32,642 bases of DNA. Origin: Hydrurus foetidus. Lineage: Eukaryota. This document shows positions 22,752 through 32,642 of the stretch, piece after piece. Location: assembly GCA_900617105.1 (NCBI GenBank), contig UYFQ01000612.1, forward strand, positions 1-32,642. The letters run 5' to 3'. The notes below the pieces were generated by a model. That model worked only from the letters and a program-made list of their open reading frames with translations, searched no databases and had not been told where the DNA came from. A program made the position numbers and the translations under genes. The number at the start of each line of letters is the position of its first letter. The stretch's first letter is position 1.

Positions 22752-23607
22752 GCCGTAAACGTTGTGGTCTTCAACAAAATACGTCCTAATATATTATTCA
22801 GAACATGATATTAAAATGTATCATATTTTAGATTTTTATACTTTATATTAGATGCCAATTTCATATTACTTTGATGCAGAATTATTGAATATCATGCACA
22901 TATTATACACTTCATAATATTTATTTAATTGTAAATATATTACACGCAGCACATACGAAACACTCAAACACGACATAAACTACAGCTAGAACAATTTTTA
23001 AATGTCTCATTTGACTCTATCATGCTACTCAGAAAGTAAATAAAATAATAATAAGTACATACCTCTCAAGCTCTCTCAATGAAATTATACGCCAATCGAC
23101 GTAAACGTCATGGTCTTCAACAAAATACGTCCTAATGTATTATTCACAACATAATATATTAGTAAACAGATCACGTTGATGACTTAACTAAAAGTTATGC
23201 AACAATTATATAACATTCATTAACAAAAAAAATTCAGTAAAATAGAAATATATCATATTTTAGATTTTTATACTTTATATTAGATGCGAATTTCATATTA
23301 CTTTGATGCAGAATTATTGAATATCATGCACATATTATACACTTCATAATATTTATTTAATTGTAAATATATTACACGCAGCACATACGAAACACTCAAA
23401 CACGACATAAACTACAGCTAGAACAATTTTTAAATGTCTCATTTGACACTATCATGCTACTCAGAAGGTAAAAAAATAAATTAATTACATACCTCTCAAG
23501 CTCCCTCAATGAAACTATACGCCAATCGCCGTAAACGTCATGGTCTTCAACAAAATACGTCCTAATATATTATTCACAACATAATATATTAGTAAACTGA
23601 TCACGTT
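22752..23607. repeat. ~430-bp tandem duplication (about 2 copies plus a partial third)
   Basis: CGTAAACGT..GGTCTTCAACAAAATACGTCCTAAT at ~22754, ~23100 and ~23530; 22818-23177 is nearly identical to 23251-23607. Confidence 0.9.
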
Positions 23608-26102
23608 TGACAAGGAATAAAATATTAATCACACACTCTCTTCAAGTAAATATAAAAGTATAAATATCTATTTTGCGACACACCTAATAAAACATACAAA
23701 ACAAATAAAATAAGCAGTACGAATAATCTTTAAAAATCAGAGAAAAATTCATTCACATATAGTTCAGGTGCTCGAATTAATATTCACATTCTCTTGTACC
23801 ATTGAGATTCGGAACAGTTTAAATTTAAAACTATTGCTAGTAGTCATCACGATTATTGCAGTGTTACAATATTAGTTCTTATTAATGATTCACGTGACAA
23901 ATGGAAATCCATCAAATTTGTGATGATAGACTTCATAATTCAGAATCCATCTGAACTGTACAATTATGGAAGTGAATGACCAAAGAGCCTCATCTTCAAT
24001 TCGATATAATGAAAGAGCCACGCTCATACATTTACGCAAAAAAGCCAAACTCAATCGCTAAAGTAATTCTTCAATTTATGCTCAATGATATAGTACCTTG
24101 CAAAATTTCCCTGAGCTCTTACGCTCCCTCTCAAAGCAGATCAGTTATTGAAACTTTCAACATCGCATCGACATATATTTTACGCATGAAAAGGCTATCA
24201 AACTTCAAGACCATGTCGAGCAGACCAGAGAAATGATTCTTTTTAGGCCTTTAAGAGCAATATCAAACGAGAGAAAGCAACATTTAGTATCAGAACTACG
24301 TCAGTAGCAAATGCAAAACAACCATTTCCGTTGCCTAATATTTACCAACGCTATGGAGAATCCCTCCAAGACAACGCTTTACACATGCCCATGGAGGTCA
24401 GTGGAAACTTCAACAGAAGGAAAGACTGCAAAATTGTTCAACTGCTACAGGTAAATTAGTGCAATTCCAGATTCAGTCACTGTTCTGTAACGATGCTCAA
24501 TCAGTCAAAGCGAAATAATGTGTGGCTTCCGCGAGTTCAAAAATTATACGGTATCAGAAAAAGATCATGGATTTGATTCCAACATTTGATTTTTGAACTT
24601 TTTTGGTATACAAAATACAATTTATCCGGATTCTAGAATTAGGCTCACGGTTCTTTTTCTTTATAATATACTATACAATCTCCCATACGACGGAGACAAA
24701 AACAAAATTTCCTGTCCCACCAAAGTAGCCAATTTTATTCTGTAATTTAGCCTAAAGGCGAACACGCCAAGTTATTCATATCCAAACACGTTTTTAAACA
24801 AAAAAAAAGACCTAGAACTACACACAATAAAAATAAATATCAAATAATAATATTATAGTAGCCATTCAAACTGGATTCATCAAAAATTAAATTCATTTTG
24901 TATCCATAAAATACAATCATCATCAAAAATTTACAATGCAATTTGCCATTTTCAAAAAATAATAACAATTAATTACAACTCCTTAATTTTATAATAAATA
25001 AGGTCATATATAAATTCACAATACAATTCCCACACGTTTGTCATCCTACAAATGTTGTTCATCAGTCAGCAGACTATTAGTTTTACTTTTATTGTTAAAA
25101 TTATAGCTCACATCTCACATAATACAATTGAAACACATTCATAAACTATTCAGCACAACCGTATAAAACACCAACCCCTAGCCAACCGGTTGAGTCTGTG
25201 TTAAGGCCGGTCCTTACGGTGTCGGATTTCAGGGAAAGTTAGAATTCTTTTCGATTTCGACATTTCGGAAATTCCGCCTATTTTACGACAATCTCCGCGT
25301 CGGAAATCGAAAAAGTCAGAATTGGATTTCAAAAACTGAAATCCGATTCTAACTTCTTGGTCCATAACACCTTTTCAGTCTTTCACCCACAACTATTTTC
25401 AATGACCGAATTATTGACTTCTGAATAGCACATGTTGTAGATCATGTATTGATTAGTGAGCTGGCCGAAGGTAATTGAATAAAAAATATTATTGATGATG
25501 ATAGGGCACTAAACGTCAGTATTTTATATTCTTCCTGTTAACGGATGTGAAAACCGTGAAAATGTACCCAAAGTTTGGAAGTGTACGGCACCCAACTGTC
25601 ATCCAGTATGTTCGTCTCTGCGGACAATTCTAGCTGATACCAGAGCTCCACCATTTCTCTGGCGGTGGAGCTTCTGAGTAGCTTGGCCTTCTTCAGAAGC
25701 CCAACTTTACCAGGTTCGACGCTCAAATGTTGTTCTAGACTACAACTGAATTTTGTTTTTGCAGCGACTCATGTTGACGATTTCGAAAACCTTGCTGACC
25801 CTCTTGCCACTCGTTTTATGTCCCGAGAATCAGGAAAAAGGACGATTACAACTCAGGTAACATGGAACTATCGGCAATCCCCCCATAGGTGGTGAGATTA
25901 ACTTCCTGCGAACATCAAAGTGCCATATTTTTTCTCTAAGAATTAGATGACTTTTTCTCGTGCTGGACTCTAGGAAATGTGTTTGATTCCCTGTACCTTT
26001 GGTTTTCATGTTGCATGATGACTTCCTCTCAATGGCTATCAATCAGATTAGCTCAAATATGTCCGTAACTTGAATTGTCATCAGGAATTTCGGCGAGAAG
26101 TT

Positions 26103-26410
26103 ATGGCTCCTCTGCCGTCCTCAGCGATCTGTGTTAAGCACAAACATCACTGATCGCTGGGGACCTAAATTCTAGCGAAGCTGCTAAGGATTGTCTGTTT
26201 GTCAGTGAAACAGCTTAGGATTGTCTGTTTGTCAGTGAAACAGCCAAGGATTTCGTAGAGGAGGCATTTATCATCTTAAGATAAATGGCTCCTCTGCCGT
26301 CCTCAGCAATCTGTGTTAAACGCAAGGACTATAGATTGCTGGGGACGTAAAGCACAGAGAAACAGCCCTGGCTGAACCTACAGTGAAACAGCCTTGGATT
26401 TTGTTGAGGA
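26103..26410. repeat. ~182-bp imperfect direct repeat with an internal 30-bp tandem duplication
   Basis: ATGGCTCCTCTGCCGTCCTCAGC at 26103 and 26285; AGGATTGTCTGTTTGTCAGTGAAACAGC at 26187 and 26217. Confidence 0.85.
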
Positions 26411-27148
26411 AGCATTTCTTCAATTATTTTATTGATTGGTCTTCTAATGTATGTTTCTTTGTGGTAAATTTCTTTCTGCTTCATTTTTTTTAATTCATAA
26501 GACAATTTTATTTCTCTACTTGAGGAGCGATTTCCTTTCACTAATTTTGTTTTTTTTACTGAAGTGAGAAGTACTGAGGTATCCTTCGGATTAGTTAGAA
26601 GAGTCGCATCAAGCACACCAACCGTGGCAGATACTGAGATATCCAGCTGTTGAAGGGGTACAGTGGTAGTTCTTTCACTAACATTACTGCCATTCTTTTG
26701 TAATGATCTCTCTTTCTTCAGCTAAGAAATTTGGGATGTTATTCCTAATTACTTCTATTAATTCGTTACATACAGTGGTATCATCACCCAAAACTTTCAT
26801 TTTGTAAGCATTGTATTGCCTATGTAAATAATGGAAGAAGTCGCTTTTCTTTCTGGACTGAAGAAAGAGAACAGAATAAGTTCTTGAGACGTATACTCGT
26901 AGGCAATACAGCGAAAGCCCGAGCTGTAAATGTACCAAATTTGGGATTGTGAAGGCCTGTTTTAAACGATTACTTTTGCCATTGCGACGATCATAGCCAT
27001 ACACTATACTCCTCAAATCATGCATCATTGTCTCTGCATCGCGAAAGTCGCAGTAAGTGATGGGACAACTCATCGCAATGGCGATAGCCATCGCATTTGC
27101 TATCTCCTCCTCCAATTTTGGTGGAATAAACTGTAATTCGTTAACCAT
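26329..27148 (-). pseudogene. Unknown ORF carried by the Harbinger element, frameshifted
   Basis: The 154-aa ATG ORF joins the 26329-26616 frame (NGSNVSERTTTVPLQQLDISVSATVGVLDAT) through a shift at an A-run near 26697. No family recognised. Confidence 0.45.
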
Positions 27149-28385
27149 TGTTGGTACAAAGAATGCCAGCTAGCGGAGCGAAGAAAATAAGCTTTTATTA
27201 TAGTTTAAGAAAAGATTCGACTAGGCTCCGCTAGCTGAGATTACTTCTGTATGTCATGGCTTGCAATAAACATGATTTCGAGGACGTTGAGAAAGAAATC
27301 CGATATGATTTTTGAAGGAATCAAATGACTTGTAGACAAAACAGCTCCACTAAAGCTAACCAGCTCGACAAGAAGTTCGCTTGATGTACAGCTCAAAAGA
27401 GAGCGTGCGATGAAATCTCGATGTATCTAGCGAACTGCGATAGCATTGGATTGAAGACTACTGGAAGACTTCAGTGGGAAAAGTGAAGTGACCGTTTCCG
27501 TATTTTGTGACAGGCAGAAATTTATCGAGGTGTTATGGACCAAGAACTTTCCCTGAAATCCGACACCGTAAGGACCGGCCTAAACTTTATTTCTTATTTT
27601 CCGTACTTGAAAACACAACAATAGGCACTGGACGGTATCGAGGTTCCTACCGTACCGTAAACGTAATATGTCGTGAGAATGGTTTTCGTGAGAATTATTT
27701 GAAATACGAATTAATTACTGAAAATTTGTGGTGAGAGAGAACTACAGGAATTAATTAACTGAGAAAAGAAGTACTGAGAATAATATTGGGCGTCGAACCA
27801 CCTAAACTCAAACTCGGCGGTTTTTGACAAGTTCGAACCAACCTCTACGGTAGCAAAAATGATGGTCTCATGCCGTAACCTCTAGCTAACGTTGTTTTTT
27901 AACGAGCGTTTACTAAAGTGCGTACATTTTGCCTGTACTTTGCGTCCGGATAAGGTGCAAAAGTTCAAATTTAGATGGTTTTCAATGCTACGGTGTATGT
28001 GATTGGTTGAAGAATCTACAGCCTATTACCAGCGACGTGATAGCTATCAACAGTAGAATAAGGAATTTCTTAACATCACTGTCCATCCGGGTGCTGTCGC
28101 TTCAAGATTTTGTTCGTTATCTCAGCAATTGGAATCAGGTAGAAGGAGCCTCTATCAGTGCCGCCATGCGATTGGAAGTAAATTTTGGACGCTTGATATG
28201 CCATTTTAGTCATGACGTCGCGTACTCATGACCTGGCTACATTTTTATCCTTCTTGGCTGTCAGATATCGAGAGACTATTTAGATTATGAGAGAATTTAT
28301 GAGTATGTTTCGAAGAACAGATTAATTATGCCCCCATTAAGCGATTACAAGACCTCCAATATTTTGATTAAGTTGTTCTTGATTG

Positions 28386-28602
28386 GAGTGTTTGCGATTT
28401 CGGGTTTTTTTCAAAAACGACTTTCAAAGTCGACTTCTTCAAAGTCGTTTTTCCCAAAAAAAAATGAAAAGAAACCACAGAAAACGAGTTCGGCCTTCTT
28501 GACCGACAAAACCGTTTTTAGATTTTTTTTCTGTAAATAACATCTTTGAAGAAGACAACTTTGAAAGTCGTTTTTGAAAAAAACCCGAAATCGCAAACTC
28601 TC
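28386..28602. mobile_element. 217-bp foldback/MITE with ~59-bp inverted arms
   Basis: GAGTGTTTGCGATTTCGGGTTTTTTTCAAAAACGACTTTCAAAGT..CTTCTTCAAAG and its reverse complement at 28544-28602 (~3 mismatches). No TSD found. Confidence 0.75.
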
Positions 28603-28633
28603 TATTTCATAATTTCGAAATAATATTTTTGAT

Positions 28634-28815
28634 CACTCAAGCGAATCTGTATTAAAATCATCATCGTCACCATTAGCACCATAATCATCATCACTATTAG
28701 CAGCATCATCAGCAGTAGCATCACCATAGGCATCATCATTAGCAGCATCATCATCACCATTGACATCATCAACACCATTAGCATCACTGTTAACGTCTTC
28801 ATAAATATCTTCTTC
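28634..28815 (-). repeat. GAT/GCT/AAT low-complexity tract encoding an Asp-rich tail
   Basis: Minus frame reads EDIYEDVNSDANGVDDVNGDDDAANDDAYGD..DDDDFNTDSLE*. Confidence 0.7.
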
Positions 28816-29260
28816 AAATTTGATTCGTGTAATTCGCTTGACAACTTAATTATGCGCTAATCCTAATCGATGAAGAATTCTCATGATGTCATGTATTTCT
28901 TATTTATTTTATCATTTTTTAAAAGTGCGCCAGAAAAGAAAATCCTGTTGGAAGCAGTTACAGCTGTAAGGGCACGTTACAGCGAAACAATGATTTTGTA
29001 TCTCTGCATCTTCTTAAAATGTAATTAATTAAAAATATAGGGTGGTGAGAATCTTCCTTAGAATTAATTAATTAACCGGAACCGGCTGAGAATGATCCCA
29101 ATAATTATTTGATAAATTCTCACGACATATTACGTTTACGGTATTTTAAAACCTGTCGTTTTTAGGCTTCTCCCACTTTACAGCACCACCTTGCAAATTA
29201 TTGCAAATATATCAGGACAACTCGTGACTGTATGCTTCAAAAGTTGCCGATTGACCAAAA

Positions 29261-30121
29261 ATGTTTGCGATGAAAATTCTTCTACTCGCCTTCGTCGCCG
29301 CCAGCACTGCTGATGCTCTGGCAGCCCTTCAGCTAGGACCAAAACATGTAAAACTAAGAATGTCATCATTATCTCAAGATGACCTGAAAAGGCTGGTGGG
29401 CTACAAGGCTGTTGATGACTATGTAGTCTCGGGAATGGCAGTTGGACTGGGTACGGGCTCAACTGCTTATCATGCCGTCCAACGAATAGGTGAAAAGATT
29501 CAGTCTGGTGAACTGAAAAACATAGTTTGTGTCCCGTCATCTGAGCGGACAAAGGAACAAGCCTTAAGTCTGGGTATTCCACTTTGCACGTTGAATGAGA
29601 GATCGAAATTGGATATTTCGATCGATGGCGCCGATGATGTCGACCCAAATCTAAATTTGGTCAAGGGAGCTGGAGGATCCCTGCTGAGAGATAAAATGGT
29701 CTATCTTCCTAATGTATCGGAGAAATTTATATGCATCATCGATGAATCAAAACTTTCAAAAGGCTTGGGACCAGGAGCCCCGCTCCCTGTAGAAATTGCA
29801 ACTTTTTGCTGCGAACACACTCGTCGTCTACTTGAGGCGCTTCCTTCGGTCAAAGGATGTAAGGCAGTACTGCGAGTGGGAGATGTATCCAATAATAGAA
29901 TTGACGGAGTCGAACTTGCTGTGACTGACAATGGAAATTACATAGTGGACTTGTTTTTTACCAGCCCACTTATGGATGCTTTCGTCGCGGCGACTGAATT
30001 AACAAATACGCCGGGTGTGTTGGAGCATGGTATTTTCACGAACATGACTTATGCTTTGATTGTTGCTGGAAAGGATGGCATTCGCGTTGCCGGCAACGGC
30101 GGGGAGAAACCATGGTGGTAA
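29261..30121 (+). CDS. rpiA: Ribose-5-phosphate isomerase A-like protein with bipartite (signal + transit) plastid leader
   Basis: VGLGTGSTA, IDGADDVD, LVKGAGG, PVE, TDNGNYIVD, PGVLEHG. Leader MKILLLAFVAASTADA|LAA..KLRMSS. Intronless; the start may be 29270. Confidence 0.95.
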   Translation: MFAMKILLLAFVAASTADALAALQLGPKHVKLRMSSLSQDDLKRLVGYKAVDDYVVSGMAVGLGTGSTAYHAVQRIGEKIQSGELKNIVCVPSSERTKEQALSLGIPLCTLNERSKLDISIDGADDVDPNLNLVKGAGGSLLRDKMVYLPNVSEKFICIIDESKLSKGLGPGAPLPVEIATFCCEHTRRLLEALPSVKGCKAVLRVGDVSNNRIDGVELAVTDNGNYIVDLFFTSPLMDAFVAATELTNTPGVLEHGIFTNMTYALIVAGKDGIRVAGNGGEKPWW

Positions 30122-31493
30122 CAGATATACTTCGTCAGTCATTGGCCACTAATTGTACCTTATCGATCATACCGGATGTCTAAAACGAAAATTGTGATTT
30201 CAAAATGCTGCTATTTCTTATTTATGACATGTCACATGCCTTTACATCAAAACGTGCTGTTAATTGCTCTGTGGACACAGGACATAGCGGCTGGTAATAT
30301 GAGAGGGGATTCATAATGAGTACTTAGATTGAATCAGGGAAAAGTGCGCACACTAAGGACATCAGAGTAGTACCACCTACATCTTTCACATTGGCTGGAC
30401 TTGCTGTGAAATAGCACACTGTCGTTCTGACCCTGAATTTGATAATAGGCATTGGAGTAGTCTAATGAGAAATATGAGACGGAATTCGAGATACTTCGGG
30501 AAGAGATGTAGTTAAGTTGCGAAACGCTAGGCTTTTAATTGACCATAAGAAAAGAGGGTCTCAGGCATGTATTTCACATAACGGTCAGGATGGACAGCTG
30601 AATCGCACGTGGGCAGTTCAAGTCGTTCATCCGGAAGTTTAATTTACGGGTTGCTGTAAGAGCGAGTTGATGTCCAGTTCTTAATCGACCTGCGATCCAC
30701 GGTGTTACCAGTGGAGCGATCGACATCACAAACATCATGGAACTCACACCCGGGGCAGATGACGATTCGAGATTGTGGCGATATGTCGACATCAAGTCCA
30801 GCGGTTGCATCATAGTTTTTACCTGGAGCAGCTTATCTAAAAAGCTGGCGGGTCGAACCTTCTCCAAAGATAAAAGAAATCGCCAGTCGATGCGATTGGG
30901 GGGAAGTTCGCCCGCTGCTCCCCAATCGAGTCAAGAGACGATAGTTATGACAAAGGACGAAAACCACAAATCGTTTGCAGACAGATACGAGCTCTGAATT
31001 TGTATCGACATGTCTCAAAACCAACGATTTTTTTTGGTTCTATTCCGCTGGATGATAATTATTGGGGTGCCAATTTGACTGCTTTTGGAGCAAATAAAGC
31101 CGTTTCCCGATCAAATTTAGTGTATGCTTTGCATGACGAACCGACCGTAACTGCCGTAGGCTTTGTGATAGTTCCGGTTATTATTTCTGACTTTTGCATG
31201 TTTCATTTTTTTGTACAAAAAGTATTTTAAAAAAATGTGATGTTGAAACCCAGAGTAACACCTCACCTATGAAAGCTGCACTGGCAGTTCGCGCTGTTTT
31301 TGATTCTCTTATAAAATGATTTCCAATGTAATTTTTGTCCCTATTTACAATTTAATTAAACTTGCAAACTCCATCTCTATTTCATAGTCACAAAGCTTGC
31401 ATTACTCAACACAATAAATCTAATCTATACTTAAAGTAATACTTATACAATAATAATCTCATAATTTCTACAACAAGAATTAATTCATACGAT

Positions 31494-31593
31494 TGTGGTC
31501 GTACCGGGTATACCGGACCTCGTCACGATCCACCCGATCCTTCCGCCTACAGTACACATACAGCCCTACCACGACTAGCTAGCTAGCTGCAGC
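31494..31593 (+). mobile_element. 5' half of an LTR from the same family as 4795-5000 (opposite orientation), interrupted
   Basis: Matches the reverse complement of the 206-bp LTR with an 18-nt deletion between TACCGG repeats and 2 substitutions. The match stops at GCTGCAGC. Confidence 0.92.
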
Positions 31594-31809
31594 TGTGACC
31601 CGAACAGCTGTACAGCTGTACGGGTACCGGCGTACGTTCGGTTCGGATCGAGGACGATCCGAGCCATCCGATTCATGACTTGCCTATCTCTGTGTTTATC
31701 TGTAAGCTAACCACAACTTTAGCCAATAGCTCCAGCACAACAGCTGCCTTCCTTTTGCCCCCGCGCCCTGTCCCATCAGACCCACCTCAGAGCCCATAGT
31801 TAGGCCACA
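31594..31809 (+). mobile_element. 5' LTR (216 bp) of another LTR retrotransposon inserted into the preceding LTR
   Basis: TGTGACC..GGCCACA termini, followed by the palindrome ATACTAGTAT, a leader and an ORF running off the window. Confidence 0.75.
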
Positions 31810-32357
31810 ATACTAGTATTTGGACCAACTTGGTGCTCTTTTAGAGACCAGTTCCAAAACGCGACCCAAAAACATCGCCACGACCCGTAAAACGGCGTGC
31901 AAACAAGCTAGTAACTTGGAAACAAGTGAAAACAACGTCGAAAGACACTACAAAGGCTACGTCTAATCGACAGCCTCTGAAACGCTTTAGTTAAAAAGCT
32001 CGAGTCGTCGATATTTTCGCGACAAAATCGTGACGGCTTCAAAACTCGAAGCCTAACGAAGCAAGTAGCTCTGAATCGAGCAAAAGCAAGTCCCATCGTT
32101 ATAGAAACAAAAGCTGGCCCAAACGCCCGCAGTTTAGTTCCTTGAGAGGTTCAAACCGCCAGGCAACTTTTCGAGCGATTTCCAACGAAATCGCGCGAAA
32201 GTAAACCAAGAAATACTTCTCAGTTGCTAGGATCCTCTGATCCCACGCAATCATAGCTGCGGGGCCACATCCTCAGCTCCATAGAGCGCCGCGTCCGAGT
32301 TCCGTCGCTGTCCAAGACCCCAAGATCCAGACATTTAAGACTCAAGACAAAAGTCCG

Positions 32358-32642
32358 ATGACAAGGGCCCAAATAAAGAAGAAAGCGGCTGCTAACGCAG
32401 CCGCCTCTACTTCTTCAGCTCCAAGCGCTTCGCGCAGTGCTCCTCTCACTGAGAAGGAAAAGCACAAAGCGGAGCAGGCCCTTGTAAAGCAAAACATCGA
32501 GAAATCGATACAGGCTCTGGCAAAAGAAGCAATACATGTTTCGTCTACCCCAACTCGTCTTGAGGACGCAGAAATTTACTACCAGAGCATGGTAGCAGCA
32601 ACAAAAGAAATGCAAGCAGCTCACAAACTCGAGCAAGCACAT
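32358..32642 (+). CDS. Putative gag N-terminus (partial, open to the window end)
   Basis: MTRAQIKKKAAANAAASTSSAPSASRSAPLTEKEKHKAEQALVKQNIEK.., 95 codons without a stop, ~550 bp after the putative 5' LTR. The call is positional only. Confidence 0.55.
   Translation, partial: MTRAQIKKKAAANAAASTSSAPSASRSAPLTEKEKHKAEQALVKQNIEKSIQALAKEAIHVSSTPTRLEDAEIYYQSMVAATKEMQAAHKLEQAH

Larger units (their letters stand above)
14450..24800 (+). mobile_element. Helitron2/Helentron-like rolling-circle element, degenerate (ends approximate)
   Basis: Strongly AT-rich block with a Rep-Pif1-Ulp1 coding region and 3' tandem repeats. I could not identify the termini with confidence; candidate 3' hairpin GGCGAACACGCC near 24757. 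Confidence 0.75.
25205..27580. mobile_element. Non-autonomous PIF/Harbinger-type element (2376 bp)
   Basis: Perfect 36-bp TIRs GGCCGGTCCTTACGGTGTCGGATTTCAGGGAAAGTT (25205-25240, 27545-27580) and 3-bp TSD TAA (25202-25204, 27581-27583). No DDE motifs seen inside. Confidence 0.92.
1642..27635 (-). mobile_element. Outer pogo/Fot1-like DD35D DNA transposon containing four nested elements
   Basis: Perfect 27-bp TIRs CCGTCCAGTGCCTATTGTTGTGTTTTC (1642-1668; reverse complement at 27609-27635), with TA on both flanks (1640-1641, 27636-27637). They enclose a pogo-type transposase pseudogene. Confidence 0.85.
27655..29141. mobile_element. Non-autonomous Tc1/mariner/pogo-type element (1487 bp)
   Basis: Perfect 26-bp TIRs CCGTAAACGTAATATGTCGTGAGAAT (27655-27680, 29116-29141), with TA at 27653-27654 and 29142-29143. 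Confidence 0.92.

Noticed and set aside
24757..24815. Canonical Helitron 3' end (hairpin followed by CTRR then T)
   Set aside because: The hairpin stem is only 4 bp, and the nearest CTAG is too far away and not followed by T. The ends are left undefined.
14405..25197. GTTGAGTCT at 14405 and 25189 (plus CAACCGGTTG near both) as a 9-bp TSD around the Helitron block
   Set aside because: No TIRs inside the repeats, Helitrons make no TSD, and the left copy lies within an apparent coding exon. Probably chance, though not excluded.
28602..28844. Met/Leu-rich 80-aa membrane-like ORF
   Set aside because: Off-frame reading of a GAT-rich tract; the Asp-rich frame is more plausible.
30574..31230. Short overlapping ORFs downstream of rpiA
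   Set aside because: No recognisable motif or consistent gene structure; possibly a fragment, but unsupported.

Overview
Eukaryotic DNA, probably from a plastid-bearing stramenopile (ochrophyte), judged from the bipartite leader on the rpiA gene and the short GT-AG introns. About 90% of the window is a nest of transposons. A pogo/Fot1-like DD35D element (perfect 27-bp TIRs, TA flanks, 1642-27635) has grown to 26 kb through four insertions: (1) a chromovirus-type Ty3/Gypsy LTR element (4795-10933, GAAG TSD); (2) a two-gene DD39D TIR element (11677-14258, GATA TSD); (3) a degenerate Helitron2/Helentron-type element with Rep, Pif1 and a Ulp1 protease (~14.45-24.8 kb); (4) a non-autonomous PIF/Harbinger element (25205-27580, TAA TSD). 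Outside it lie the 3' end of a second chromovirus (to 1239), a 1.5-kb TA-flanked TIR element containing a foldback, one host gene (plastid-targeted RpiA with substituted active-site residues), and an LTR inserted into another LTR at the right edge. The most novel-looking signals are the DD39D element, which carries a convergent DNA-binding-only paralog of its own transposase and has a 4-bp TSD, and the palindromic, covarying non-tRNA primer-binding sites in two LTR families. All calls come from reading motifs by eye; no database searches were run.
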